The position numbers and the translations under genes are program-made. This document shows positions 35,728 through 45,511 of a stretch of DNA of 50,883 nucleotides, one piece after another. This DNA is from a virus. Lineage: Duplodnaviria; Caudoviricetes. Where the stretch lies: the IMG/VR virus record IMGVR_UViG_3300042923_000161, positions 1 through 50,883 of that record; one strand, 5' to 3'. Each line of letters begins with the position of its first letter. Within the stretch, counting starts at the first letter, position 1. A model generated the notes under the pieces. That model did not search any database and had not been told where the DNA came from. It saw nothing but the letters and a program-made list of their open reading frames with translations.

Positions 35728-36101
35728 GCCAAACACCATCAATCGGACGTGTCGTTCACTACCAACGCTACGGAACACCGGGAGGGGAACACAAAGCAGA
35801 GCCAAGCCCGGCGATCATCACACGCATTGTTGACGCTGAAGCCGGGATCGTTGACGCAGTCGTGTTCAACCCAACCGGACAGTACTTCAGCCAAAACCTA
35901 CAGCACTCTTCAGAACCTAAACCGGGTTGCTGGAACTGGCCCCCGTTCGTACCGCCAATCGGCAAGAAGCCCGATCCGAAACCCGTTCCAACTAGGGGTG
36001 ACGTGATATTGACTCTAAACAGATACTTTTATTCAACGCAGTTGGATGTGCATCTTGCCACAGACGCAATCATGGAACTGTTTGAGGACTTCCTAAAGTG
36101 A
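35724..36101 (+). CDS. Hypothetical phage protein
   Basis: PSIGRVVHY...PAIITR...W.WPP; GGAGG RBS. Confidence 0.7.
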   Translation: MSQTPSIGRVVHYQRYGTPGGEHKAEPSPAIITRIVDAEAGIVDAVVFNPTGQYFSQNLQHSSEPKPGCWNWPPFVPPIGKKPDPKPVPTRGDVILTLNRYFYSTQLDVHLATDAIMELFEDFLK

Positions 36102-36718
36102 CCGCATACATTACACCAGAACAATACGCTCAGGCCCTTGAAAACGGAGTGTCTGAGCGTATGCTATACGCACGGGTAAATTACCACGGATGGGATATAG
36201 AACAGGCCATACAGCAAGAACCCGGCAAGCCAAGGAAGGGTGTAAAGTACGGCGCAAGGACAAGTACCGATGATATGTGGTATTATGTGGCAAAGGAACG
36301 TGGGATCAGCCCACAAACGTACCATAAGCGCCGCAAGCGCGGGTGGACACCAGAAATGGCAGCTACCGAACCACTCATTACGAAGTTTCACAAGAAAGAT
36401 GACAAATGGAGGTATTTAGACCCTATGGGAGACAACATTCAGCGTGGAGATATCGTCAGATTCCGGTCAACAGGACCAAACCCAACGTACTTGGAGGGAG
36501 AAGCACTCCTTTTCATTCCAGCAGGTAAAGACGTTTATGACGACATAACAACCATGGCAGAGATAGCCGAACTTCCGGTACGCCGCCGCAGATTCCAGCC
36601 CATCAACACCCGGTCCAACCGCTACATCGTAGGCGTTCACCGTACAGGCAAGGACGGCAGCAAGATCAACACCATCGACTACTACGCACCAGTCGCAGAA
36701 AGGGTGGAAAAGGCATGA
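36098..36718 (+). CDS. Repeat-containing putative DNA-binding protein fused to a second domain
   Basis: YITPEQY..ALENGV...YARV...GW....A units followed by a GDIVRF domain. Confidence 0.7.
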   Translation: MTAYITPEQYAQALENGVSERMLYARVNYHGWDIEQAIQQEPGKPRKGVKYGARTSTDDMWYYVAKERGISPQTYHKRRKRGWTPEMAATEPLITKFHKKDDKWRYLDPMGDNIQRGDIVRFRSTGPNPTYLEGEALLFIPAGKDVYDDITTMAEIAELPVRRRRFQPINTRSNRYIVGVHRTGKDGSKINTIDYYAPVAERVEKA

Positions 36719-37143
36719 AATACGTTATCAGCATTCAACGAATGCATGACGGTGAAAAGGTAGCGCACATGTTTGACGATTACGAAGTTTCTGAATCCAA
36801 CATTGACGTAATCGCAATGCGCGCCAACGAACTTTGGAAAGCGGTCAACTTGCTGCCTGAGAAGAAGCTAGAAACCATGGAAGACTGGCTGACTAAACAA
36901 GGCCGGGAATCTATGGAACGCCACCGTGCCAAGCAAATTCTATACCCATCGAATCCAGTCGAAGATACACCGTTCATGAAGAGACTTCGGGAAATGGCTA
37001 AAATGACACCGTACCAGCGAGAAGCACACCAGAAAATGGAACGTTTGCAGCGGGAAGGTTTTGAATTTAAATTTACCCAACAAACCCTAAATACCTTCGA
37101 AGAAAGCGGTGATAACAATGGCAACGATCCCCAAACTGACTGA
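36715..37143 (+). CDS. Hypothetical protein
   Basis: ATGA-coupled. Confidence 0.6.
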   Translation: MKYVISIQRMHDGEKVAHMFDDYEVSESNIDVIAMRANELWKAVNLLPEKKLETMEDWLTKQGRESMERHRAKQILYPSNPVEDTPFMKRLREMAKMTPYQREAHQKMERLQREGFEFKFTQQTLNTFEESGDNNGNDPQTD

Positions 37144-37546
37144 GATGTTACAGAACTCACCAATCTACACAGACCCAACACATGACGATTACGTGCCGCT
37201 GGACAAGCAGCACGTTTTCTTGCGCTTGGCAGAACAGTTCCAATCAAAGCAAAGTTCCATGTACATGGACGCAGAGGAATTGGAACAAGAATTTGCAATC
37301 GGAGACGCTAACTTGTGGGAAGAGTTCCTGAACCTTGACCCGGTGCTGCTGTACTCCACAGCGAGAACAAAACGTATGGCGGCTGTCAAGTCCAGAAAGT
37401 CCATGAAGAACCTGCAACGCGCAGCCGATAGTGGCGATGTCCGGGCGATCCAGTACCTGAACGAAGTGTCCGGTATCCTTCAGGCCCAAGACGGCGCGAA
37501 ACTGATCGTGCTGACCACAGTACCCAGACCGGGGCTGAAACCATGA
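37109..37546 (+). CDS. Putative terminase small subunit
   Basis: Helical protein with A.SGDV.AI.YL; located upstream of TerL. Start may be ATG 37118. Confidence 0.45.
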   Translation: MITMATIPKLTEMLQNSPIYTDPTHDDYVPLDKQHVFLRLAEQFQSKQSSMYMDAEELEQEFAIGDANLWEEFLNLDPVLLYSTARTKRMAAVKSRKSMKNLQRAADSGDVRAIQYLNEVSGILQAQDGAKLIVLTTVPRPGLKP

Positions 37547-37632
37547 TCGAACTTATTGGTTCTATTTTCATCTTTTTCATATTCGTTATATTATTGGTTG
37601 GACCAAACGACAAAGGGGATGGCAGAAGATGA
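37543..37632 (+). CDS. Small TM peptide (29 aa)
   Basis: ATGA-coupled at both ends; hydrophobic. Confidence 0.5.
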   Translation: MIELIGSIFIFFIFVILLVGPNDKGDGRR

Positions 37633-37856
37633 AGGAAACACTGCGCTACACATACGTATATTCGGTTTTGTCCACAGGTGAAACGTCCGAATTTAGCCAG
37701 ATGGCAACAAGCAAGGAAGAAGCCGCTGAGTTGATTGTCCCACGTATCGCTGATCTGGAATTCACGGACGAATCAGATATCAAGTTGGGTGATCTGATCA
37801 ACATTGACAAGAAGATCGGGGACAACTACATCACGTGCGAAGGTTGCGCTTCATGA
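37629..37856 (+). CDS. Hypothetical acidic protein ending in CEGCAS
   Basis: Terminal CxxC pair. Confidence 0.65.
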   Translation: MKETLRYTYVYSVLSTGETSEFSQMATSKEEAAELIVPRIADLEFTDESDIKLGDLINIDKKIGDNYITCEGCAS

Positions 37857-38005
37857 TAGCCACAATACTGGTTATCGGGTTGATGGGATCAGTATACATG
37901 TACTGGTTCCTTAGCATGTTGGAAACGGATCGTAAAAACGCTGAATGGTTGCGTGACGAAATGAAAAAGACATGCTATGATGAGGGAAAAGGGGATGAGA
38001 AATAA
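37853..38005 (+). CDS. Small single-TM protein (50 aa)
   Basis: MIATILVIGLMGSVYMYWFLSML...; coupled at both ends. Confidence 0.5.
   Translation: MIATILVIGLMGSVYMYWFLSMLETDRKNAEWLRDEMKKTCYDEGKGDEK
37953..37981 (+). promoter_or_regulatory. Putative promoter
   Basis: GTGACG-N17-TATGAT with ACATGC before the -10. Confidence 0.5.
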
Positions 38006-38844
38006 TGGCAATGGACCCGCAGGACATGGCTATGCAAGCGCAGGACTTGCGCGCAATGCAGGAAGACCCTTCACTGGAGACAAGCCAGCAGTTCGATCCG
38101 ACCCAACCCGTAATGGACCCGCAGATGGTTCCACCGGGAGCGCCACCGGGAATGGACATGGGTGGAATGCCACCTGAGATTGCTCAATTGATGCAAGACC
38201 CGGCAATGATGGAACAAGCTATGCAAGACCCACAGCTTGGGCCAATGCTCCAGCAAATGATGCAAGGTGGCGGCGGTCAACCTATGGCTGGACAACCTCC
38301 TAACCCTATCCAGCAAATCCAAGACCTTCATCTTCAGGCTTCGATGGCACTCCTTCAGGAAATGCTTCGGATCATTGCAGACATAGGTCAAGGCAAGACG
38401 TACAACCTTGACATGGCTTCAAAAGCGGTGTCTGAAATGGCTGGATCGTACAAGACCCTGATGGAAGCTAATAACCAAAAAGAGGAAATTCCACCGGAAC
38501 TGGCCTTTGAGATGGAACAAGCTAAATTGAAGAATCAACTGGATATTGAAAACGCCAGATTGCAGATTGAACTGGAACGGGCCAACATGGAAATGCAGTT
38601 CAAGCAGCGAGAAGCGGACCTGAAACTCCAGATGATGCAACAGCAGATGGAAATGAAGTGGGAAGAAGGGCAAGCAAAATTGCAGCTTGAATCCCAAAAA
38701 GCACAGCTTCAGACGCAGCAAAAAGACGAAGCACATTTCCAACAACTCAGCCAACAACAGGAGCAGCACAGCCAACAATTGTCTATGCAAGAAGAACAGC
38801 AAGAAATGCAGAAGCAGCAAGAGAAGAACGGCTCTAGTGAATAG
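38005..38844 (+). CDS. Q/M/P-rich coiled-coil protein
   Basis: Low-complexity composition; directly upstream of TerL. Confidence 0.7.
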   Translation: MAMDPQDMAMQAQDLRAMQEDPSLETSQQFDPTQPVMDPQMVPPGAPPGMDMGGMPPEIAQLMQDPAMMEQAMQDPQLGPMLQQMMQGGGGQPMAGQPPNPIQQIQDLHLQASMALLQEMLRIIADIGQGKTYNLDMASKAVSEMAGSYKTLMEANNQKEEIPPELAFEMEQAKLKNQLDIENARLQIELERANMEMQFKQREADLKLQMMQQQMEMKWEEGQAKLQLESQKAQLQTQQKDEAHFQQLSQQQEQHSQQLSMQEEQQEMQKQQEKNGSSE

Positions 38845-38889
38845 AGCCGTTAAACTATATCTGCTACTATATCAAGGAGGGCAAGCCCT

Positions 38890-40428
38890 ATGAATGACGC
38901 ACATGTCCCATTCGTGGGGCTTACGTGTTCACATTGCAGGTCGGGTAAATATATCGTCCCACCGGATGAACATCCAAGTTACTGCCTGTGCGAAGCCTGC
39001 GGTGCGATGCAGCTTACCTACATACCCCAAGACTACCAAGCTGAGTTCCACGCAACGCCGCACAAGTTCGAAAAGGATAAAGAGGGTAACGACCATATTA
39101 GAATGCAGATCATTGGCGTGTTCGGTGGTTACGGTTCAGCCAAGTCCACAGCTAGTCTCCATGAGGTGTTTTTGCGGTGCTTGGAGAACCCCCGGTCGGT
39201 GACACTCATCACCGCACCAACGCTGCAACTCCTAAAACGGACAAGCATCAAGACGCTGCTGGATGAGATCATCCCACCGCCACTTTTGGAAAGCTTCAAC
39301 AAGTCCGACATGGAGTTCAAATTGGTCAACGGTCACTCCATTTATGCGATCCCATCCGATGATGAAGGTAAACTTCGTTCCATCAACGCCGGGCAGGTCC
39401 ATATGGAGGAATCGTCAGAGATCAAGCGGACAATCTATGACCAGCTTCTGACCCGTCTTCGGAATAAGAACATGACAAACCGTGCATTATTCGCATGTTC
39501 TAACCCGGAATTAACGTGGATCAAGACGGTCATCGTGGACAATGAGAAGAGGTCCAACCCTAAACATCCTGAACACGCTGACTATGCGGACAACATGATA
39601 TGCTACATCTGGAAGACGGAATTGAACAAGTACCTGCCGCATGACTTTATTGCAACGAACAGCAAGGGTAAGCCAGAGTGGTGGGTACGGAAGTACATGT
39701 ATGGATCGTTCGAAGCTACGGACGGTGCAGTGTATCCAGAGTTCGGCTCCACAGTCATTCCAGACATTCCTGAGTTCGATAAAGTGTCCAAGGGGTGGAC
39801 GAAAATGTTCTCTCTTGACCACGGTCTGCGGAACCCTACGGTTTTGCTTGGTGCTGCGCTAAATCCGAACGATGGTTGTCTCTATATTTACCACGAATAC
39901 TACAAGGCCAACACGCTTGTTCCCAAGCATGCCGAAGCGATGAAGCCTGTCATCAATGCGGTACCTTCAGGACTTATCTGGTTCATGGTTGCCGATCCAT
40001 CTATACGGAATAAGACTGACCCAATTAACGGTAAGTCGGTTTTGGGTCTGTATCAGGAGTACAACTTATACTTCAGCCCCGGAAACAACGATATTGAAAC
40101 AGGACTCCTTCGTGTCAACTCATACATTGAACGTGGTAAGCTGAAGGTTTTTGAGAGTTGTTTCAACCTGATCCGTGAAATGTCGGGGTACAGGTTCCCA
40201 GAAGTGTCCATGGACGATGACAAGAATCTGGACGAAAAGCCGCTGAAGAAGGACGACCATGCCCCGGATGCCTTGCGTTACATGCTCATGCGTTTACCGG
40301 AAGACCCGGATGATCTAAAGCAGCTATCGTTTTCACAACCGGACAGGTATAGTGTGGCCCGGCCTGTGGATTATGACCCAGACTTCGATGACGATGAAGT
40401 CAGCGATGACTATCTAAGCTATGTATAG
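38890..40428 (+). CDS. Terminase large subunit
   Basis: YQAEFH, GGYGSAKS, APTLQ, HMEES, SNP, DHG..NP, ADPS and DDHAPDALRY; N-terminal CxxC..CxxC. Confidence 0.93.
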   Translation: MNDAHVPFVGLTCSHCRSGKYIVPPDEHPSYCLCEACGAMQLTYIPQDYQAEFHATPHKFEKDKEGNDHIRMQIIGVFGGYGSAKSTASLHEVFLRCLENPRSVTLITAPTLQLLKRTSIKTLLDEIIPPPLLESFNKSDMEFKLVNGHSIYAIPSDDEGKLRSINAGQVHMEESSEIKRTIYDQLLTRLRNKNMTNRALFACSNPELTWIKTVIVDNEKRSNPKHPEHADYADNMICYIWKTELNKYLPHDFIATNSKGKPEWWVRKYMYGSFEATDGAVYPEFGSTVIPDIPEFDKVSKGWTKMFSLDHGLRNPTVLLGAALNPNDGCLYIYHEYYKANTLVPKHAEAMKPVINAVPSGLIWFMVADPSIRNKTDPINGKSVLGLYQEYNLYFSPGNNDIETGLLRVNSYIERGKLKVFESCFNLIREMSGYRFPEVSMDDDKNLDEKPLKKDDHAPDALRYMLMRLPEDPDDLKQLSFSQPDRYSVARPVDYDPDFDDDEVSDDYLSYV

Positions 40429-40439
40429 GGAGGTGCCAA

Positions 40440-40769
40440 ATGGATAATTACGTGTTCAACTACAATGATGGTACGTCTATGATGCTGGAGTTGACAGAGG
40501 ATCAGTGGCGTGTTGTGTCAGAAAGCTACTTTGACAGAACGCCCCGGATTCTTCTTGAAGGGATCGGTGTACTTGACATTCAGGACGTGCGATCTATCAT
40601 CAAGCAGAAGCCTGTACTCAATGAGAATCCATCATACAGTACGGAAATGACGCAAGAAGAGAAGGACTACATTGCACAGCAGCAGCAGTTCGAACAGTAC
40701 CTGAAAGAGAAGCGTGATTCTGATCTTGATGACCTTGACGATTCTGATTTTGACGGGAGTGATTTCTAA
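40440..40769 (+). CDS. Hypothetical protein
   Basis: GGGAGG RBS; lies between TerL and portal. Confidence 0.7.
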   Translation: MDNYVFNYNDGTSMMLELTEDQWRVVSESYFDRTPRILLEGIGVLDIQDVRSIIKQKPVLNENPSYSTEMTQEEKDYIAQQQQFEQYLKEKRDSDLDDLDDSDFDGSDF

Positions 40770-42715
40770 TGAACCAAGAACAACGCGCTGAAGAAATGGA
40801 CAAGGCAAAGGCCAACCCAAAGATTGATCAATCCGTGGTGAAGAAAATCAAGACGTTCATGCAGCGACATAACAACTCAGCCACAAATTCAGGCGACCGC
40901 CGCGAAGAGTGGAGAGTCATGGACATCTTTGACCGGGGCAAGCAGTGGGAAAATGCGTCTCTGCCACCATGGGTTCCAAAGCCGATTCACAACATGATCC
41001 GGTATACCCGGACATGGAAACGTGCCAACTTAGCGGGTAACATTCCAGCAGCCCACTACGCTCCAATGCTCACCAACCAAAAGGACGCAGTGCTCATGCT
41101 TCAGCGTGCGTACAAGCATGTGTGGGATACCCAGAATGTGGCTTACACTGTGCGTAGATGTATTGACCGTATGTTCCTGCAAGGTACATCCATCGCCTAC
41201 GTTTATGCTACAGATAAGGTGGACGGTGTGTACAAAGAGGGTGACAAGAAGAATAACCGCTTGTACCAAGGTGACATTAAGATCAAGCGCTTTAGCAACC
41301 TGAACTTCTTCCCAGACCCGGATGCCTACACCATTGAAGAGTGCCGATACATTGACATTACCATGCCTATGACCGTGGGTGAGATTCGAAACAACCCACG
41401 CTTTATAGCATACGCAGGTAAGGACAAACTTAGTACAATGATTGCAGGTACAGGTAATGACCCGGATGAAACAGGTCTGATCCTTGACCGGGAACATGAT
41501 TATGACGATGGGGGACAACCTGTAGACGATGATGAACGTACTGTGGTACATGTTCACTTCGAAAAGGCGTTCAAGGAAGGTAAAGAGGTTATCAACCAGT
41601 ACTTCTATGCTTCGGGCAACTTCTTCTTCCTTGACGTGATCGAAGACATCAAGCCGTCTGTATTCCCATTCGTTGTGCTGCGTGATGAAGAAGAGGAAAA
41701 CGACTTCTGGGGCAGTGCTACAGCTTCAGACTTCTTGGAGAAACAAAAAGTCTTGAACAAAACGGAACAAACAGCAAGTATCATTGCAACGTTGTTCCAG
41801 AATCCACAGAAAATTGTGGCGCGTGAATCTGGTATCAACGGACAACAGATGGCCCGTAACGGTACGGAGCCGGGTAAGGTGTGGGTTTCCAACATCGAAC
41901 CGTCCCGTTCTGTGGTTGAACTTCGACCTACAGACATTCCGCAAGGACTGTTCGATATGAAAGACCGGGCAATCGCTGACATCAAGGACTACTCCGGTAT
42001 GAACGAAGCTTACACAGGGGATTCAGTCGGATCACTGACGACATCCACCGGGGTTAACTCCCTGATTGAGCGTTCGACCATCCGTGACCGGGACAAGATG
42101 AAGCAGATTGACCTGTTCGTGGAGCAGCTTTCTGACCTGATTGTGTTGTTCATCATTGAGAGTTGGAAGGAAAAGCGTCCAATCATCAACGTGGGACAGG
42201 CAAATAAGGTCACACCGTATGAGTATGATCCGAAGAAGATCAAGGATATCGGACCGGAGAACCTGAAATGGTTTGTCAAGTCGGATGTTTATGCTTCAGC
42301 ACCTATCACCCAAGCCCTGAAGAAGCAGCAAGCCGACCAAATCCTTCAGGTGCAGCAGCAGTTCCAGCCAGCCGTTCCTATCATCACGTTGGAAGAGTGG
42401 CTTCATGCCCAAGACTTCGACAATAAAGATGAGATTTTGGAGCGTATGCGTGCGGATCAGGAAGCCCTTGACCAGAAGGAAGCAACGGACTTCGCTACCA
42501 TCGCTATGCAGCTTGCAGACACGATCCGTCAGCAAATTTCCGCAGGTCTGCCGCATGAACAGGTTATGAATCAGGCTACAGAGATGGCAAAAGAGTTGCT
42601 TCAGCAGAACGACCAGAAGCAAGCATTCACCAGACCACGTGACGCTGCGAAAAAGCCATCAACGCAAGGCGATACTGGACAAATGGCAATGAATGCAATG
42701 ACAAAAGGTTCCTGA
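40769..42715 (+). CDS. Portal protein (podovirus-like)
   Basis: 648 aa; G.QW, FFPDP.A, FPFV, Q..LNK and SG.....G..GV..L; position after TerL. Confidence 0.88.
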   Translation: MNQEQRAEEMDKAKANPKIDQSVVKKIKTFMQRHNNSATNSGDRREEWRVMDIFDRGKQWENASLPPWVPKPIHNMIRYTRTWKRANLAGNIPAAHYAPMLTNQKDAVLMLQRAYKHVWDTQNVAYTVRRCIDRMFLQGTSIAYVYATDKVDGVYKEGDKKNNRLYQGDIKIKRFSNLNFFPDPDAYTIEECRYIDITMPMTVGEIRNNPRFIAYAGKDKLSTMIAGTGNDPDETGLILDREHDYDDGGQPVDDDERTVVHVHFEKAFKEGKEVINQYFYASGNFFFLDVIEDIKPSVFPFVVLRDEEEENDFWGSATASDFLEKQKVLNKTEQTASIIATLFQNPQKIVARESGINGQQMARNGTEPGKVWVSNIEPSRSVVELRPTDIPQGLFDMKDRAIADIKDYSGMNEAYTGDSVGSLTTSTGVNSLIERSTIRDRDKMKQIDLFVEQLSDLIVLFIIESWKEKRPIINVGQANKVTPYEYDPKKIKDIGPENLKWFVKSDVYASAPITQALKKQQADQILQVQQQFQPAVPIITLEEWLHAQDFDNKDEILERMRADQEALDQKEATDFATIAMQLADTIRQQISAGLPHEQVMNQATEMAKELLQQNDQKQAFTRPRDAAKKPSTQGDTGQMAMNAMTKGS

Positions 42716-42726
42716 CATGCTATAAT
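42698..42726 (+). promoter_or_regulatory. Promoter
   Basis: ATGACA-N17-TATAAT with extended -10 (ACATGCTATAAT). Confidence 0.7.
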
Positions 42727-42743
42727 AAGTTAACCCTATCCCA

Positions 42744-42785
42744 AGCACTCACCGACCCTTTCCTCGGTGGGTGTTTTTCTTTTTG
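42744..42785 (+). terminator. Rho-independent terminator
   Basis: AGCACTCACCGA-CCCTTTCC-TCGGTGGGTGTT followed by a T tract. Confidence 0.8.
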
Positions 42786-42918
42786 TAAACTTATTCTTGC
42801 AAATTTTAGTAGTTGCGTTTAATATATTGGTAGAAATTGCACGGGTGGTTCCGCAAAAGACCGTTGATCGAATGGAAACTACGCAGCCAACGCGCAAAAA
42901 TGGATGGAGGAATGAAAG

Positions 42919-43806
42919 ATGGCAAAGATTGATGCTGATGGTCTGGAAGACTTCGAAGATGAAGAGCGCGAACAAGGTACAGCGGATGACATCGTAGACT
43001 TCGATTTTGGAGATGATCCAGACGGTGGCTATGACGGTGACGATATCGACTTCAAATCCATTCTCAAAGGTGACGATGAGTTGGATGAAGAAGACTATGA
43101 GGATGAAGACGAAGACAAGCCCGATGAGGAAGTAAATTCGGAAGAGGACGAATCTACTTCAGCACAGGACGAATCTTTCAAAAATGAGGAAAACGCTAGA
43201 AACGCAGAGCGTAGACGGTTGGAAGAAGCCCAACGCCTTGAGCAGATTCGACAGGCTTCACCAGAATTCCAGATGGTACAGCGCTTGTCCCAATTATCGG
43301 GCAAATCCCCTGAGCAGATGATGGCTGAACTTGAAGAAGCCAACATCCAGCGACAAGCTGTACAAGCTGGTGTTCCGTTGGAACTCTATCGAAGAACGTA
43401 TCAGGCTGAGCAAACCGCCCAACAAGCGAATCAACGTCTTCAGCAACTGGAATTTGATGCTTGGAACAGTAGAGTGGACCAAGAATCAGCCCGTTTGCAG
43501 ACTGAGTTCCCGATGTTGGATGAAAACGATCTGTTTCAAGCGAAGACCTACATACTTCAGACCTTGCAGAATACGGACGTCTCCCTTGAACAAGCTGTAC
43601 ACGCCTTGCATTACAAGAAAATCTCTGAAGGACTTCAAGACCAAGCCAGAACAGAAGCACTTGCTGACATTTCTGGACGCAAAAAGTCATCTGGAGTTCC
43701 TCTATCTACGAAACCAGCAAGTCAGCCAGAAGGGTTGTCCGATGAGGAACGCGCTATGGCACGCAGACTTGGTATGAGTTATAAAGACTACGTGAAGTAC
43801 AAATAA
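42919..43806 (+). CDS. Capsid scaffolding protein
   Basis: Acidic N-terminus, coiled coil, C-terminal LSDEERAMARRLGMSYKDY.K.K. Confidence 0.85.
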   Translation: MAKIDADGLEDFEDEEREQGTADDIVDFDFGDDPDGGYDGDDIDFKSILKGDDELDEEDYEDEDEDKPDEEVNSEEDESTSAQDESFKNEENARNAERRRLEEAQRLEQIRQASPEFQMVQRLSQLSGKSPEQMMAELEEANIQRQAVQAGVPLELYRRTYQAEQTAQQANQRLQQLEFDAWNSRVDQESARLQTEFPMLDENDLFQAKTYILQTLQNTDVSLEQAVHALHYKKISEGLQDQARTEALADISGRKKSSGVPLSTKPASQPEGLSDEERAMARRLGMSYKDYVKYK

Positions 43807-43818
43807 GGAGGAATTGTC

Positions 43819-44244
43819 ATGCCTTTGGAGTTTAGAGGAAACGACAGCGGACAGGTTCCAGTTCCTGCACCAGACGTTGTAGCTGACACAGCGTACTTTG
43901 GTACAGCTAAGCCGAATGACCCGGTAGTTCTTAACGGTTCTGGTCAAGTCGTTCGTGCGTCTGCTACGAGTGCAAAACTGTATGGGGTTCTGGCAGCACG
44001 TGAATACATGCGTGGTACTGAACTTCCTAAGATTGTAAAAGTACGGACAAGCCGTTCAGCACTGTACGAAGTGCCTATTGACGCTGGTACTCCAGTCGTT
44101 GGTACAGCATACAACTTGAACGCTGCTGGTAACTTGGACGCTACGAAAACAGATGCTGCATCTGTATATGTTGTCAAGATTCTTACAAAAATCACACCAC
44201 CACGCGGCGGCTCTGCTACAACAGCGCTTGTCAAACTGGTTTAA
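43819..44244 (+). CDS. Capsid decoration / cement protein
   Basis: Small beta-rich protein between scaffold and major capsid genes. Confidence 0.65.
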   Translation: MPLEFRGNDSGQVPVPAPDVVADTAYFGTAKPNDPVVLNGSGQVVRASATSAKLYGVLAAREYMRGTELPKIVKVRTSRSALYEVPIDAGTPVVGTAYNLNAAGNLDATKTDAASVYVVKILTKITPPRGGSATTALVKLV

Positions 44245-44265
44245 TAGGAGAGGGGGGAACAGATC

Positions 44266-45189
44266 ATGCCAAACGGACAAGCTGTATCACGCGATAATTA
44301 CGGCAAGTTAATGGAACCGGGCTTGCGTAAAATCTTCATGGACAACCTGACTTACACTCCATGGCAGTTTACGCAAATCTTTAATGTCAACAAGTCCACA
44401 AAAGCAATTGAGACTGACCTTCGTATGGGGGATTTCGGTCTGTGGGTTGAAAAAGGTACATTGGATAACACCATGTATGAAGACCCAGTTGGTACCGACC
44501 TCGTTCAGTATCGTCACAGAACATTCTCCAAAGGTTTCACAGTGGAGAAAGAGTCCATTGACGATGACCAGTACGGGAAAATCAAAAAGTTCGCCAAGAA
44601 ATTGGGTGTACGTGCTAACCAGACAGTTGACATTGATGCTACAGGGCTGCTAAATCGTGCGTGGACTCCAGATGCTAACGCCTATAAAGGTGAAGCATTG
44701 ATTGGTAACCACACACGTTTGGATGGTGGTACTCGTACCAACTCCCTCGGCGCTTTGGCACTGAATGAACCTAACTTGGAGATTGCACACAAGCTGGCAG
44801 CAGAGCAAACGGATGAGAACGGATTCTTGGTTCGTATGAACCCTGATACACTCGTTATCCCACGTGCGCTTGAAATGACAGCCCGTAAAATCTTCGGTTC
44901 GGTTTACATGCCAGATGCTGGTACAGACGGCAACACTTACGCGAAGAACGATATCAACCCGTTCAAATCGCGCTATAAAATCGTGGTGCTTGACTACCTG
45001 ACAGACCCGAATGCGTGGTTCTTGATGGACAGCAAGCTGCATGAGTTGAACTTCTTCTGGCGTGAAAAGCCAAACTTCAAGAACACTCAGGACTTTGACT
45101 CTGATATCGCCAAGTTCAAAGGCCGTATGCGTTATTCCTACGGTTGGACAAGCGACATCGGTATCTTGGGATCGAAGCCAACGCCTTAA
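44266..45189 (+). CDS. Major capsid protein (Mu gpT-like, HK97 fold)
   Basis: L.EPGLRKIF, F..GF.V..E.IDDD.Y, P..LVIP..LE, LTD..AWFL and R.RYS.GW. Confidence 0.9.
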   Translation: MPNGQAVSRDNYGKLMEPGLRKIFMDNLTYTPWQFTQIFNVNKSTKAIETDLRMGDFGLWVEKGTLDNTMYEDPVGTDLVQYRHRTFSKGFTVEKESIDDDQYGKIKKFAKKLGVRANQTVDIDATGLLNRAWTPDANAYKGEALIGNHTRLDGGTRTNSLGALALNEPNLEIAHKLAAEQTDENGFLVRMNPDTLVIPRALEMTARKIFGSVYMPDAGTDGNTYAKNDINPFKSRYKIVVLDYLTDPNAWFLMDSKLHELNFFWREKPNFKNTQDFDSDIAKFKGRMRYSYGWTSDIGILGSKPTP

Positions 45190-45226
45190 TACATTCAATA
45201 TAACACAGGTTGTACATCTTGACAAT

Positions 45227-45256
45227 AAGCCCTCACAGGAAACTGCGGGGGCTTTT
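45227..45256 (+). terminator. Rho-independent terminator
   Basis: AAGCCCTCACAG-GAAA-CTGCGGGGGCTTTT. Confidence 0.75.
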
Positions 45257-45280
45257 GTTAAATAAAAGGAGGAATTACCC

Positions 45281-45508
45281 GTGGCGAAGAAGCATGAGTA
45301 TGAGCAAAAGCCTAGTCAGTACGATCAAATGTTGTACTTGGAACGTATGGAGCGTCAAAATGAACTGTTAGAGGAAACAAACTCACTGCTTAAACAACTG
45401 ATCAAAGCACAAGAGCCAGCACAGGAAGAAGCCAAGCCAGCAGCTAAGAAAACCACAACACAGAAAAAGGATGAAGCTGAACCCGCTGAAGATAAAAAGG
45501 GGGAATAA
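45281..45508 (+). CDS. Hypothetical protein
   Basis: AAGGAGG RBS, GTG start. Confidence 0.7.
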   Translation: MAKKHEYEQKPSQYDQMLYLERMERQNELLEETNSLLKQLIKAQEPAQEEAKPAAKKTTTQKKDEAEPAEDKKGE

Positions 45509-45511
45509 GCT

